Assembly: GCF_963921235.1 (NCBI RefSeq)
Contig: NC_086106.1
Location: forward strand, 18,538,001-18,602,000
Source: Mobula hypostoma
Taxonomy: Eukaryota
Direction: 5' to 3'
Length of the DNA: 64,000 nucleotides
Shown here: positions 49,435 to 61,699 of the stretch, piece by piece
Position numbering within the stretch: position 1 is the first letter of the stretch
How the letters are laid out: each line of letters begins with the position of its first letter
Program-made: the position numbers and the translations under genes
Notes under the pieces: model-generated
The model's database searches: none
What the model was told of the DNA's origin: nothing
What the model saw: the letters and a program-made list of their open reading frames with translations, nothing else

Positions 49435-50097
49435 GAAGGGGGAGAAGATGGCAGCGCGACGTAGCGCGCGCAGCCGCTACGGAATGATATCTGTATTTGT
49501 TAAGTAGGGTACCATGCACAATTCTGATTTGATGGAGACAGACGTGAGAAGCACGGAGGAACATCTGGAGAAACTTCTGAAATGCCCGCTTCGCTGCCGC
49601 TGCTACTGTGCGATTGAGAATCTCCAGAGGGGAAGGCCCCAAATCCTCGGCTTTGCCTGTTGCTTAGCAGCCGGGGCCGGGGTCGAAGCACTCGGCAGAG
49701 ATGGTGCTTGGTGCTCGGTGTTGGAGGCTCGAAGTTTTCGGACGGACCCAAGAGTCGGCTGTGGTCGGGTGCTTCCAGGGTGCTGCATTGGCAAGTTTGC
49801 GGCGCTGGAGGTTCATGGCAGGGAGAGTTTTTCTTCCTTCTACCGTCTGCGTGAGATGATGGGACTTTCGAGAGACTTTGAGACTTTTTTTTACTGTGCC
49901 CATAGTCTGTTCTTTACCAAATTGCGGTATTGCCTTGCACTGTTGTAACTATATGTTATAATTATGTGGTTTCTGTCAGTTTTTCAGTCTTGGTCTGTCT
50001 TGTGTTTCTGTGATATCATACTGGAGGAACATTGTATCATTTCTTAATGCATGCATTACTAAATGATAATAAAAGAGGACTGCGTGTCCTCACAATC
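49435..50097 (+). mobile_element. Non-autonomous retroposon, sibling of 33685-34290
   Basis: Same head and the same TTAATGCATGCATTACTAAATGA.AATAAAAGAGGA tail. Confidence 0.75.
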
Positions 50098-50705
50098 ATA
50101 TTTCATGCCTGATTACTCTTTATTATTTTAGATTGTTATATCATGATAATGTAGTGAATTGTTTCCATGGAAATTCCATGGATAAGTTGTTTCTTTTTAT
50201 AAAACTGTGTGTGATAGAATTCCCTCAGAGACGGCACTGGGAATGACTCTGCCAAAATTCTATTGGTCAGACTTGCCATTACATGTGACAGGTAATCTCC
50301 ATAGAATCTGGTCGCAGTTATCACCGGTTCCTGCAATTACATCCCCCAGTACCTGAGTCAGTGCCATGTCCCTCACAACCTGCTCTACATTCCAGATTAT
50401 GGGTGCAGGAGTCCCTTCCACTACGTGATTTTGGTTCCAGTCTCCAAACACAGTTCCATATATATTTTCCAAATGGACTGAAGGTGGAGCATTCCCTGAG
50501 AATCTAATCCTCAAATCCTTACAAATAAGAGAATTTCTTGTATAAATTGTTTCTCATACATGGGAATCACAACCTTCCGGAAGATCAATTGTGCATTCCC
50601 AAGCTCTGTTGTATTCCCTCAGGAACAATGTTGAGAATTAACCACAATTTCTGGTCCTGAGAAGGGGTATTGTCTGGTCTTTCATAGTTTTCCCCAATGT
50701 CTATT

Positions 50706-51378
50706 TCCATATAACCATATAACAATTACAGCACGGAAACAGGCTATCTCGGCCCTTCTAGTCCGTGCCGAACTCTTACTCTCACCTAGTCCCACTGACC
50801 TGCACTCAGTCCATAACCCTCCATTCCTTTCCTGTCCATATAGCTGTCCAATTTAACTTTAAATGACGACTTCATACCTGCCTCAACCACTTCTGCTGGA
50901 AGCTCGTTCCACACAGCTACCACTCTCTGAGTAAAGAAGTTCCCCCTCATGTTATTCCTAAACTTTTGTCCTTTAACTCTCAACTCATGTCCTCTTGTTT
51001 GAATCTTCCCCTCTCTCAATGGAAAAAGCCTATCCACGTCAACTCTATCAATCCCCCTCATAATTTTAAACACTTCTATCAAGTCCCCCCTCAACCTTCT
51101 ACGCTCCAAAGAATAAACCTAACTTGTTCAACCTTTCTCTGTAACTTAGGAGATGAAACCCAGGCAACATTTTAGTAAACCTCCTCTGTACTCTCTCAAT
51201 TTTATTGACATCTTTCCTATAATTTTGTGACCAGAACTGTACACAATACTCCAAATTTGGCCTTACCAGTGCCTTATACAATTTCAACATTACATCCCAA
51301 CTCCTATACTCAATGCTCTGATTAATAAAGGCCAGCAAACCGAAAGCTTTCTTCACCACCTTATCCACATGAGATTCC
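50706..51378 (-). mobile_element. CR1-type LINE 3' fragment
   Basis: ORFs 51099-51401 and 50786-51109. Confidence 0.88.
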
Positions 51379-51558
51379 ATTGTAATGGAATTCCACATCA
51401 AGCATTTTTATGATTTATAATGGACATAAATAATCATCACAAACATCAGTAACAACAGCTTACAAATGGCTTAAGTTCCAAGAGTCAGAACTCAGCTTTC
51501 ACAGGTGCTGAACTCAATCAAATTAATATATTAAAGGACGACTTTTGATGGCTTCACT

Positions 51559-51905
51559 CAGTGGCCACTTTATTAGGTACACTTGCTCTTTTCTGTAAAT
51601 ATTAAATCAGCCAATCATGTGGCATCAACTCAATGCATAAAAGCATTCAGACGTGTTTGTTGTTCAGACCAAACATCAGAATGATGAAGAAGTGTGATCC
51701 AAGTGATTTTGACTGTAGAAAGGTTATTGAGGCCAGATGGGGTGGTTTGAATATCTCAGAAACTGCTGGTCTTCTGGGATTTTCACACACAACAGTCTCC
51801 AGAGTTCATGGAGAATGGAGCAAAAAACAAAAAAAAAAAAATCAATGAACGTCAGTTCTGTGGGTGAAAATGCCCTGTTAACGAGAGAGGTCAGAGGCTG
51901 ATGGC
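51559..51905 (+). mobile_element. Tc1/mariner transposon 5' fragment
   Basis: CAGTGGCCACTTTATTAGGTACAC-type TIR; SDF...GLNISETAGLLGFSHTTVSRV HTH domain. Confidence 0.8.
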
Positions 51906-53654
51906 CAATATATACCCATTTCAGGGGTATATTCCTTCAATATCTGGTCCTGTGTGCATTCTTCCAATGTCTGTCCCTTGGAGTTACTCTGCTCAAATCA
52001 GGTGCTGTTGTCCATCAATGTATTCTATTCAATTCTTGGTTTGCATTAATCTAGTACCTGTTTATGTTTTCTACTCCTGGTGTGTTTTACCCCAGTATCT
52101 GGCGTGTTTTCCTGCACTGGTATATTTTCTTAAAAATGCTTTCTCTTGCTGTCATCACATTAAAAAATGTACATGGTCAATATCCAGTTCTGTGTCACCT
52201 GTACTGGTACCAACACCTCCACACTCTCTGATGGGGGATGCTGCAGGATGCACAAAGTTTCCTTCAGATAAACACTGCGAAGACCAAAAGCTTTGGTCCC
52301 CACAGTGAGTTCTGTTCCAGGGCACTGATGCTGTTCAGTCGATTTTCAGTGACCTGAGAACAAAAATTCAGACTGACTTGACTGTTCACTGTAGTACAGA
52401 GGGACAGAGGTGCCGCCTTTCGGCTGAGACATTGAAGGGAGGTTGTGTGTGCAATGGAGAAGCTCCTGTCCCCACAGCTTTATGCAACGTGGAGTGTGGA
52501 GAATTCGGATAATGTGTTGAAATATGGATTGAGACAGTCATTATGAAACATTCAATCAATATCTGTTTGTGGGATGTGTAACAGGATTTTGAGAAACTCT
52601 TCCAATGAGCCTTTGTGTTTTCCTGAATATCTTTCTCGGGGTGCAGCACCCCAGTGTTCCCACTGTGAGAAATCCCTTATGAACATGAGCAGTACGTGTG
52701 GAGCTACACTCATATATCACAGGCTGGGAATCTCTCCGATATTTGTCCCGGGATGCATTACCCACTCGTACGTGGAGGCAGATGGAATCTCTGCAGTGAT
52801 GAGGGAACTAAGATGGGCTGAATGGCTTCCCTCAGTTTTATCAACTCCAGTCACTTCATTTTCTCCTTTTCTTTGTTTTTAATTAATACAATTTCAAATC
52901 ATGACATGACATAAACTCCAGTGGAAAACTGGAAGAAAAGTTATAAGCAATGATTTCCAGAACATCTGATTTACAAAATTTGACTGAGCAAGATCCCAAA
53001 CCCACTTTCCACCACATCCCCCTCCCCATGTCACCTTCTTGCTCCATAACAATAATAACCACTTCCTCACCTCCCCCCTCTCCATCACAAACTACACCTC
53101 CATCCCCTGCTCCCCATTCCCAAGCCTTAACCTTGCCATCCTCTCCCTTCCTGCCTACCCCCTCCAGTGTCACATATCCTGCCATTTTCCCAATGTATCA
53201 TCCACTGTTGTCCCTCCACCCACCAAACCAGCTCGGTGCCCCCATTTCCCATCTGGCATCCCCGGTACATTTAGAGGTTTATTTCCTGAAATGAGCAGTT
53301 GCAGTGCAGTAGCCTCGGATTGCCGAGTGAGTGAGATGGAGACTCCATTTCCAAACATCGCAGCCACAGGGGGATTTCTTCATTGAACGTGGGGCGCGTA
53401 TCTGCTGGTCACTGCTGAGCCTGAAATATAGACAGGAGAGTATGATATTGTGTGACAAGGTGCAGCACAGACATTAACCTGTGAGGACAGGTGAACTAAA
53501 TAACAGACGGTCTGTCCTCATTCCAGGAGATGGAGCCCCATGAAGAGGTGTCTGTCAGTATTCCCCGAGGTCACCCCAAAACACGAATCTGAGTATCAGT
53601 TCAGACCTTTAGTGTGATCCATAGTTGGGCTAAAGTTTTATGTCCTGAGTAAGA

Positions 53655-55530
53655 CCATAAGATAAGATATAGGAGCAGAACCCCCCATCTTTAACAATTG
53701 ACTGCAACATCTTCCCAACCACCGAGGTCAGGCTAACTGGGCTAGAATTTCCTTTTTTCTGCCTCTCTCCCTTCTTGAAGAATAGCGTGACAACTACAAT
53801 TTTCCAGTCCTTCAGAACTATACCAGAATCTAGTGATTCTTGAAAGATCATTACTAACACCTTCATAATCTCTTCGGCCACCTCTTTCAGAATCCTGGAC
53901 TGTAGACCATCTGATCCAGGTGACTTATCTACCTTCAGACCTTTCAATTTCCAAAGCACCTTTTCCCTGGTAATAACATCTTCACTCACTTCTTCCCCCT
54001 GACACTCTTGAACTTCCGTCATACTGCCAGTGCCTTCCCCAGTGTAGTCTGATGCAAAGTGCTTATTCATTTCCTTGTCCCTCATTACTACCTCTCCAGC
54101 ATCATTTTCCAGCACTCCAATATCTCCTCTCACCTCTCTTTTACACTTTATGTATCTGAAGAAACTTTTGGTATCCTCTTTAATATTATTGGCTATCTTA
54201 CCTTTGTATTCCTTCTTTTTCTTTCTGACTTTATTTAGTTGTCTTCTGTTGTTTTTTAAAAGCTTCCCAATCCTCTAACTTCCCACTAATTTTTGCTCTA
54301 TTATATGCCCGTTGTTTGGCTTTTATGTTGGCTTTGACTTCTCTTGTCAGCCACGGTGTCTCATCCTGCATTTTGAATACTTCTTCTTCTTTGGGATGTA
54401 TCTATCCTGTGCCTTCTGAATTACTCCCAGAAACTCCAGCCATTGCTGCTCTGCTGTTATCCCTGCCAGTGTCCCCTTCCAATCAATTTTGGGCAGTTCC
54501 TCTCTCCTGCCTCTGCATTTCCCTTTATTCCACTGTAATACTGATACATCTGACCCTAGCTTCTCCTTCTCTATTTGCAGAGTGAGTTATATCATATTAC
54601 GATCACTGGACCCTAAGGGTTCCTTTAGCTTAAGCTCTGTAATCAATTCCAGTTCATTGCACAACACCCAATCCAGAATAGCTAATCCCCTGATGTGCTC
54701 GACCATGACCTGCTTTAAAAAGCCATCTTGTAGGCATTATACGAATTTCCACTCTTGAGATCCAGCACCAACTTGATATTCCCAATCTACCTGCATATTG
54801 AGATTCCCCCATGAGTATTGTAACATTGCCCTTTTGTCATGCATTTTCTATCTCCTATTGTAATTAGTAGACCAAGTATTTGCCACTGTTCATTATAGGG
54901 TCTTTTTACCCTTGCAATTCCTTAATTCTACCCACAATGATTCTACACCTTCTGATCCTATGTCATCTCTTTCTATTGATTTGATTTCATTTTTTACCAA
55001 CAGAGCTAACCCACCCCCTCTACCTACCTGCCTGTCCTTTTGATGCAATGGGCATCCTTGGACGTTAAGCTCCCAGCTGTAATCTTCTTTCAGCCATGAT
55101 TCAGTGATGCCACAACATCATGCATTCCAATCTGTAGCTGTGCCACAAGTTCATCCACATTATTCCATATACTGTGTGCACTGAAATGTTACAGCTTCAC
55201 TTTTGTATTCATCACCCTTTCCTATTTTGTCCTCCTTTTACATTGCAACTCATCCTGTCGACTGCATTTTAGTCCAATCATCAGTCTCTGCTTGCTAGCA
55301 ACCTCGCTACATACTGCCTCTGTTAGTAAACCAACGACTAGATCCTCCGCCCTATCACTCCATTTCCTATCCCCCTGTCAAATTAGTTTAAACGCACCCG
55401 AACGGCTCTAGCAAACCTGCCCACTTGATATTTGTCCCCCTAAGGTTCAGGTGTTATCTGCCCCTTTTGTACAGGTCACACCTTCCCCAGAGGTGATCAC
55501 AGTGATCCAGAAATCTGACCCCTGCCCCCT
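53655..55530 (-). mobile_element. CR1-type LINE fragment (endonuclease to early RT)
   Basis: KVDKSPGSDGL..RILKEVA, PVSLTSVVGKML motifs. Confidence 0.85.
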
Positions 55531-55865
55531 ACACCAGTTCCTCAGCCACACGTTCATCTGCCAAATCATCCTCTTCTGACCCTTACCCTGCTGTTCTCTC
55601 AATACAACTCTTGCTTGATTTCCTTGTTTAAGTTCACAATTGTTGCCCTAAATACCCTTTCACATTCTGCCACCTTCTGCTTATCAAGGCCCAGAGGCTC
55701 GGAGTAAAGAGGAAAGGTCCAGTGTCCCTGGGATGTGAAAGGCCTCAGACTGCATTGTCTGTTGATTGTGCTGTCCTTGGGACTACAGTGTCAGAGAATG
55801 CAATGTGAGATAAGGAAGGTGAAAGTTTGTGTTTCATGGGATGTCTCTGTTAATCAATTAGTTAC

Positions 55866-56008
55866 CTTGACAACGGTGACGAAGGTGCTGTAGAGGAAAC
55901 TGATGATGAACAGAACGGCAAAGGCAGCAACTGTAAACGCATTGTCATTTCCATCCACGTGTCCCTGTTCTTCCTTCCCCTCCTCTCCTGTCAAGTCTGT
56001 GCAGGTTT
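55866..56008 (-). CDS. IgW: IgW transmembrane exon TM1 (ETCTDLTGEEGKEEQGHVDGNDNAFTVAAFAVLFIISFLYSTFVTVVK)
   Basis: Phase-1 acceptor TTCTTTCAG|, acidic spacer, conserved antigen-receptor TM motif F..LF..S..YST.VT, donor AAG|GTAACT. Absent from the ORF track. Confidence 0.92.
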
Positions 56009-56859
56009 CTGAAAGAATTGAGAAAGTGAGATAGTTGATGCTTCCTGAAGATCAACAACATCCTAATCACGTGAAGACAACAGGAAGACAGGAAAACAGG
56101 AGGCCTGAGTCAGTTCCACCATTCAATGACATTGTAGTTGATTTTTGACCAACTGCATTGACCTGACTTTTGCCCAGATCCATTAATCCCAGTGATTATC
56201 CAAGCCACTAAATCTCATGTTTAAAATGACCTTAAGACCTGACACTGTGGAAGACTGTTCTGAACTTCCATGAACCTCTTCAAGTTGAATGTCTGTTTTT
56301 CTTTGCATTTCCTGCACTGTTTTTTTCTCTTCCTTGTCTTGCATGATTTATGTAAAATTAGGATGCAGTGTGTTGTCTGAACCTACATGCCTGTGATGCT
56401 GCAAGCAAGTTTCTGATTTTACCTGCACGTCAAGGTACTTGTGCACATGACAATAAACTCGACTTAACTTGTTTCCTTACAGCATGTCATTTGTAACTTT
56501 GGAGCCCCTAGACAGAACCAAATGAACTAGTTTTTCCTCATCGACTATGTTCGCTCCGCTGAAAATATTGACCAGATCTTCCATTAGTGTTCTTCATTAC
56601 AGATGCTACACTCTCATTTAACATTATCCCAACTTGTAATTTGCACTGGGGAGTGCATGTTTGTTCATCATCCTCTCCAAGACAGTTTGTCCTTTCCTGG
56701 ATGTGGTCCCAAAACCTAGAATTGGTTCTTGCCTATTCATCTCATCGATTATCATCTCTGCAGTTAAAACACTACAGATTGCTGATAGATTTGTCAGCCT
56801 TGTGTGAGCGGCAAAGTTGTCACGTGGGTATCTGCCCAATATCAGCGCCGACTGCCTGT

Positions 56860-57395
56860 CTCTTGATCACTGCTGGGGATGGATTCTGTGAGCAGCCTAT
56901 TGCTGTGTGTCTCGCTGTGACAGGCGGGTCGGCCTCTCTGCCTCGTGTGGTATCCCTCTCCTCTCTTTCAATGAATGTCGGTGATATCGGAGATGGTATT
57001 GTGGATCTGTGTTTATGGATTGGACTGTTGTGTTTATGGACTGTGGACATTTTCAGACTTATCGTTTTATATTCTGTGTTTTTTTTCGCCCATTCCTTTT
57101 CGGTTTTGTTGTGTGAGGGGAGGGTGTTTGGGGGTTGGTGATCTGTTAGTTTTTTGTGCGGACAAGGGGTTGCCTTTTGGGGTTTGCTGTTTCTGTTCCA
57201 TTTTGTGTGGGGGAGGGTGTTTTTGGGGAGGGGGTTTGATGATCGGGTGTTCTTATTTATATGGGGGGTGGGTTTGCTGTTTCTCTCTGAACGATTTTCA
57301 TATACTTTCTTTGTTTTCGTGGCTACCTGGAGAATCAAATTTCAGAGTCGTATATGGATATAGTATATTGATAATAAAAGAACCTTTGAATCTTT
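56860..57395 (+). mobile_element. Non-autonomous retroposon, same family as 1160-1800, in the intron between the CH4-like exon and TM1
   Basis: Direct sequence similarity and the same 3' tail. Confidence 0.7.
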
Positions 57396-59118
57396 GATCT
57401 AGTGAATAGTGTCAGCACTGAACACATTGCTGCAGGTCACAGGGCATCACTGTCTACATATCGTCCCTTCTTTCTGTAACTCTCCACTTTCTGAATGAGT
57501 TCACCAATTGTCTTCACAAAGTTGATGAAATACCTTTTCCTGTCAATTAACCTTAGAAACTGTGGACCAATCCGGAATGTTCTATCATTTGCACAGTGGA
57601 AACTATAGTACACATTGACCAAAATCTACTTGAATGTCTGTCTGTCTGTCTACACAATGAAGCACAGAACCAACCAGGCAACACTTCCAGCCGCTCAGGT
57701 TTAAGTCACACAATTGTATCCCAAAACATACCGGCACGGAACACTGGCAGCCGAATGCTTTCCATACCTTCTTTATCGAACTTTGATTACACAAACACAG
57801 GCTGACATTCAACCCCTCATGCAGTCTACACAAGTTTCCAACACCATCAGACCTGACACAAGGAAGTTTTAGCAAGAACTGCAGGATCTCAGAAATGTTA
57901 GTAATTTATTTTGATGCATTTAATCATGAAATATATATTTCCATTTTGAGCTAATGAGAAGGACTTGCAGGTAATCTTGCTTGTTTCAGTGCAGTAAACC
58001 ACACTGTTGTAGGATCAACAATCAATTGAAGGTTGACAATTGGTGTTGTTGGCCACTCTGTCCATGGGAATCTCTGCTGCAGAGAACCCAGTGACCCAAC
58101 TTCTTTCCATCTCATCTGGTGGGGAAGGGTAACTTTAGAGGGTTCCTATTGGGAATGGATTTTTTAATCATTTGTTGTTTACCTGGAGTATTCTGCTCTT
58201 ACTCCACCCAAGCCAATGTTTATACCACTAGCGATCTCACCGCATCTAAAATGTTAAGGCTTTTTACTTTTGGAAATGAAAGAGAAATTGTGGAAAGTGT
58301 TCAGTGGATTAAAAAACACTTGTGAACAGAGAAAGGGATAACATTGAGATAGCATCACAAGTGTACTCTGTACTATTGCTTCAGCACTAGTTCTGTTCCT
58401 GGCTGAGTACTGTGCATCTCTCTGGTTTACTGGAACTCAACAACTGTCTGTGTCCAGTTACATTCCACAATGCCTGCTCCAGTGGAACTCAGTTCCTCCA
58501 GTTCCGCTGACAGATAGACTTGCTTCATGTCTCTGAGACGTTGGTGTGCAAACATTGACCTTGCAGTCATTATTTCATCATTTCCTCACTGACAAGGCTG
58601 GCATTCCTTGCTCTGCTCCAGCAGGTCCATCACAGAGCAGTGAAGAGTTTGGTGTGGGACTGATGGATACGGGTAAACAGGGTAGGAAGGGCAGTGTCCT
58701 TCACCAAAGAACATCAGAGAAATAGTTTGTAATCTAAAACTAGAATCCGGCACAGTCACCTCTGGTTATGTGTTCACGCCATTGTCCTGAGGCTTGGGAA
58801 CAGACTGTAGGTCAATGATCCTGGTACTAGTACTGAGGGAGTGCTGCACTCTCGCACATCTGTCTGAAATGTGACAGAGGGGCCCAGATGGGCACTTACA
58901 GATGGACAGACAGACCATGTGTTGGTAGTTGGGAAGAGAGTCAAGTTTTGAAAGCATCGGATAAACTCTGCTTCTTTCCCACTCTCTGCCTCTGTATTAT
59001 TAATCCACTCACACAACTACAACAATGCCAGACTTGCCGTTACCTATTGACCTTGCTTGTCCCTGGGTTGTGACTGTGGCAGAGGATGTCAACAGTGGAG
59101 TGAATCTCAGAATCATAC

Positions 59119-59436
59119 CTTGAATGTTTCTCACATCCTGCCTGACACTGGTGTTGGAGGGGGGATGAGACACTGTGCATCTGAAAACTGAGCCTTCCTT
59201 CCACTCCTCTGTGCTCACGGTCAGGACGTAGCTGGCAATGAAAGTCCCTGCCTGTTCCAGAGCAGTTGGTCTCACACTGGTGTTGGAAGAGATCAGAGAG
59301 TCCCCTTTCTCCCAGGTGACAGTTATTTGGTCCGGGTAGAATCCAGAGGCAACACACTCGAGGGTGACCGTGTTCCCACTCTTGGTCTCTCCCTCTGGCG
59401 GTGGCAGCAGTCTGACTTTGGGACTTGTTATCTCCA
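59119..59436 (-). CDS. IgW: IgW CH4-like exon (cluster 2; possibly a duplicated CH8)
   Basis: 318 nt, VEITSPKVRLLPP...LECVASGFYPDQITVTW...FRCTVSHPPS, G|GTATGA donor. Confidence 0.92.
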
Positions 59437-59525
59437 CTGGAACAGATAGGCAAACAATGGAAATATCACACATTTTTACTGAGGTAACCAACGTTGTCCA
59501 TTTTAATCGCTGACCTCTTGCCCAC

Positions 59526-59828
59526 CTTTGGTACTTTTTGTCCGTGCTGATACTGGTGAGGTTGCAGAAGGTTGTTGGGCAGAGCAAGTGTACTCCACCC
59601 CACTGGTCCACTCCTCCACACTGGTCTGCAGTTGGCTGATCACTGTGTCTTGGGTTCCTTCCTCTCTCAGTTTTTTGGTCGCATTTGCTTTGACTTTTTC
59701 CCTCTCGTTCACCTGCCAGTGGATTTGGACCCGGCTCAGATCAGCACCCACAATCATACACACCAGAGTAGCGGTCTGGTTGATCCACATCTCTTCAATG
59801 GAGGGATTTTGGATAAAGACAGACAACT
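59526..59828 (-). CDS. IgW: IgW CH3-like exon (cluster 2; possibly a duplicated CH7)
   Basis: 303 nt, same phase and length as 11493-11795, about 56% amino-acid identity counted by hand, Cys/Trp intact. Confidence 0.92.
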
Positions 59829-60189
59829 CTGTAGATTAGAAATAGAAAATTTACAAACTGGACAATATCGGCTGTCAGAAAGCTTGACAACTTCAGCTCA
59901 GATTTATCCCAAAGCTCAATTTGTACATAATTGTACAACGGAATGAAATCAGGTTTGTTTACAGAGTGGGTGCTCATCTCTGCTTACAACCTTTGACTGA
60001 GAAAACAAAATTAAACATCAAGGAACTTATTTCCTTGGGACCCTTTCGGGTCACAGCATGAACTGTGGGACAGTTGCCTAGCTACGTGACATTTAGCTGC
60101 TGGAATGCCAATAAAATGTGCTATCAGAGCTGTGAATTGGAATGAGAAATTCAGTTTCTGACCAAAGACAACATTTCCTGAAATCTTCC

Positions 60190-60505
60190 TGTCTCAGGAA
60201 GGGAATTTGTGGGAAGACACACCAGTCTTCATTGAGGGATCAGTAGTGGAAAGGTTGAGCAGTTTCCAGTTCCTGGGTGTTAATATCTCTGAAGATCTAT
60301 CCTGAGTCAACATATTGATGCAATAACAAAGAAGGCATGACAGTGGCTGCATTTCATTTGGAGTTTGAGTACGTTGGTATGTCGGTAAAGACTCTCTCAG
60401 ATCTCTACAGGTGCACCGTGGAGAAAATTCTAATTGTTTCACAATCGGAAAAAGCTGCAGGAGGTTGTAAACTCAGCCAGCTCAACAGGCGATGCCTCAG
60501 GAAGG
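60190..60505 (+). mobile_element. Rex/Babar-like fragment, probable paralog of 2860-3215
   Basis: Appears to share the same internal deletion before GGAAAAGCTGCAGG as the cluster-1 copy. Confidence 0.6.
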
Positions 60506-60949
60506 AGGTGTGGTGTATTTGCAACCTATCTTAGTATTAATTAGACAGTGCATATATCACCACTCGATGCTTTATGCTCTGAATGTGTCTTTATTTCTCA
60601 TTCTCGCTTCCATGTTCCCTCAATCATGTGATGTTCTGTCCCAGAGTGATGACATCACCGAACTTGACAAGTGTCAAAACTACATTAACTGACCTTACCA
60701 TTTCAATACATGACATTGCTGCTTTCCTGAGAAGTGAACTTCAACGTTTTAGAACACATTCAACTCACAGATTTAATCATTTCAATTCAACGGTACTCTC
60801 TGAAATGCATGACTATAACCAACACATTTTCTGTTTCAACTTAATAATTCTGGAACTGAAAACTTCATTTTCAACTTACAACAGTCTACATTGTTTCAAA
60901 CCCACAACTTAAGCTCTACTTCAATACAATAATGTGAAACTTCAGAGGT

Positions 60950-61680
60950 TGTTTCCTAACCCTTTGAGGTCTCTCTACCAGTTTCTCTTTGCTTTCAATG
61001 TCTGGTAATGGATTTTGCTCACAGTGAAGCTGAACTAATCCATAACTGTCCATCATATTGTTCTCCTGTCCCAGTATCTCATTGTGAAATCCTTGAATTT
61101 CCTCCTGTTTGCCAAAAGTCCTTCTTGTGTTGAACTTTTTCCATGTGTGGTGCTCCTTGCATACTGCACTCCAGTTGGAGATTCAACTATCACTTGATTT
61201 CTTGTTTTCCTTACCACCCTGTGTGTTGTGTTGAAAGGTGTGGCGAATTTGTCCATTTTTTCTTGCTGGATAAGCGCAGTGTCTCCAACTTTCACAGTAG
61301 ACTTTTAGCTCCCTGTGGCCATCTGCAAACAGCTTGCAATTTCCTTTTCGATCTGCATCCTGATCCCGTACTTCTAGTTCTGTTGTGTGTACCTCCTTGA
61401 TGTCTGGTAACTTCCCCCTCATTTTGTGGTTGTAGAGAAGTTCAGCAGGACTTTTCCCTGTGGTAGCATGTTCCACACATCTGTACACAGTCACATACTT
61501 TCTCAGTTCACGTTTCCAATCAAGTCCTTCTGCTCAAGCAGTCCTCATCCTTTCCATCAGTGATGCATTTTGGTACTCCACTTCACCATTTGCCTGAGCC
61601 CACTTTGGGCATTGTTCTCAGTCTTTTTCCCTGTAATGTTCAGATCTGAATTGAGGTCCATTGCCTGATTTGATGGATAT
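60950..61680 (-). mobile_element. Gypsy/LTR retrotransposon integrase C-terminal fragment
   Basis: YR...HATTGKSPAELL...MRGKLP; VGD..L..Q....K...PF. Confidence 0.75.
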
Positions 61681-61699
61681 GGGCAGGCCATGTCAACTG

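Larger units (their letters stand above)
50150..52800 (-). mobile_element. Decayed ERV/LTR gag-like sequence, copy B, interrupted by CR1 and Tc1
   Basis: Paralog of copy A, with an MGNAS... start at 52765. Confidence 0.35.

Noticed and set aside
53384-53396. AACGTGGGGC resembling a tRNA-Lys primer binding site
   Set aside because: Only a partial match, and on the strand opposite the gag-like sequence.
58200-58270. Possible second secretory exon after the CH4-like exon (VKSLNILDAVRSLVV*)
   Set aside because: The acceptor is plausible, but there is no Cys or tailpiece similarity and no counterpart after cluster-1 CH4.
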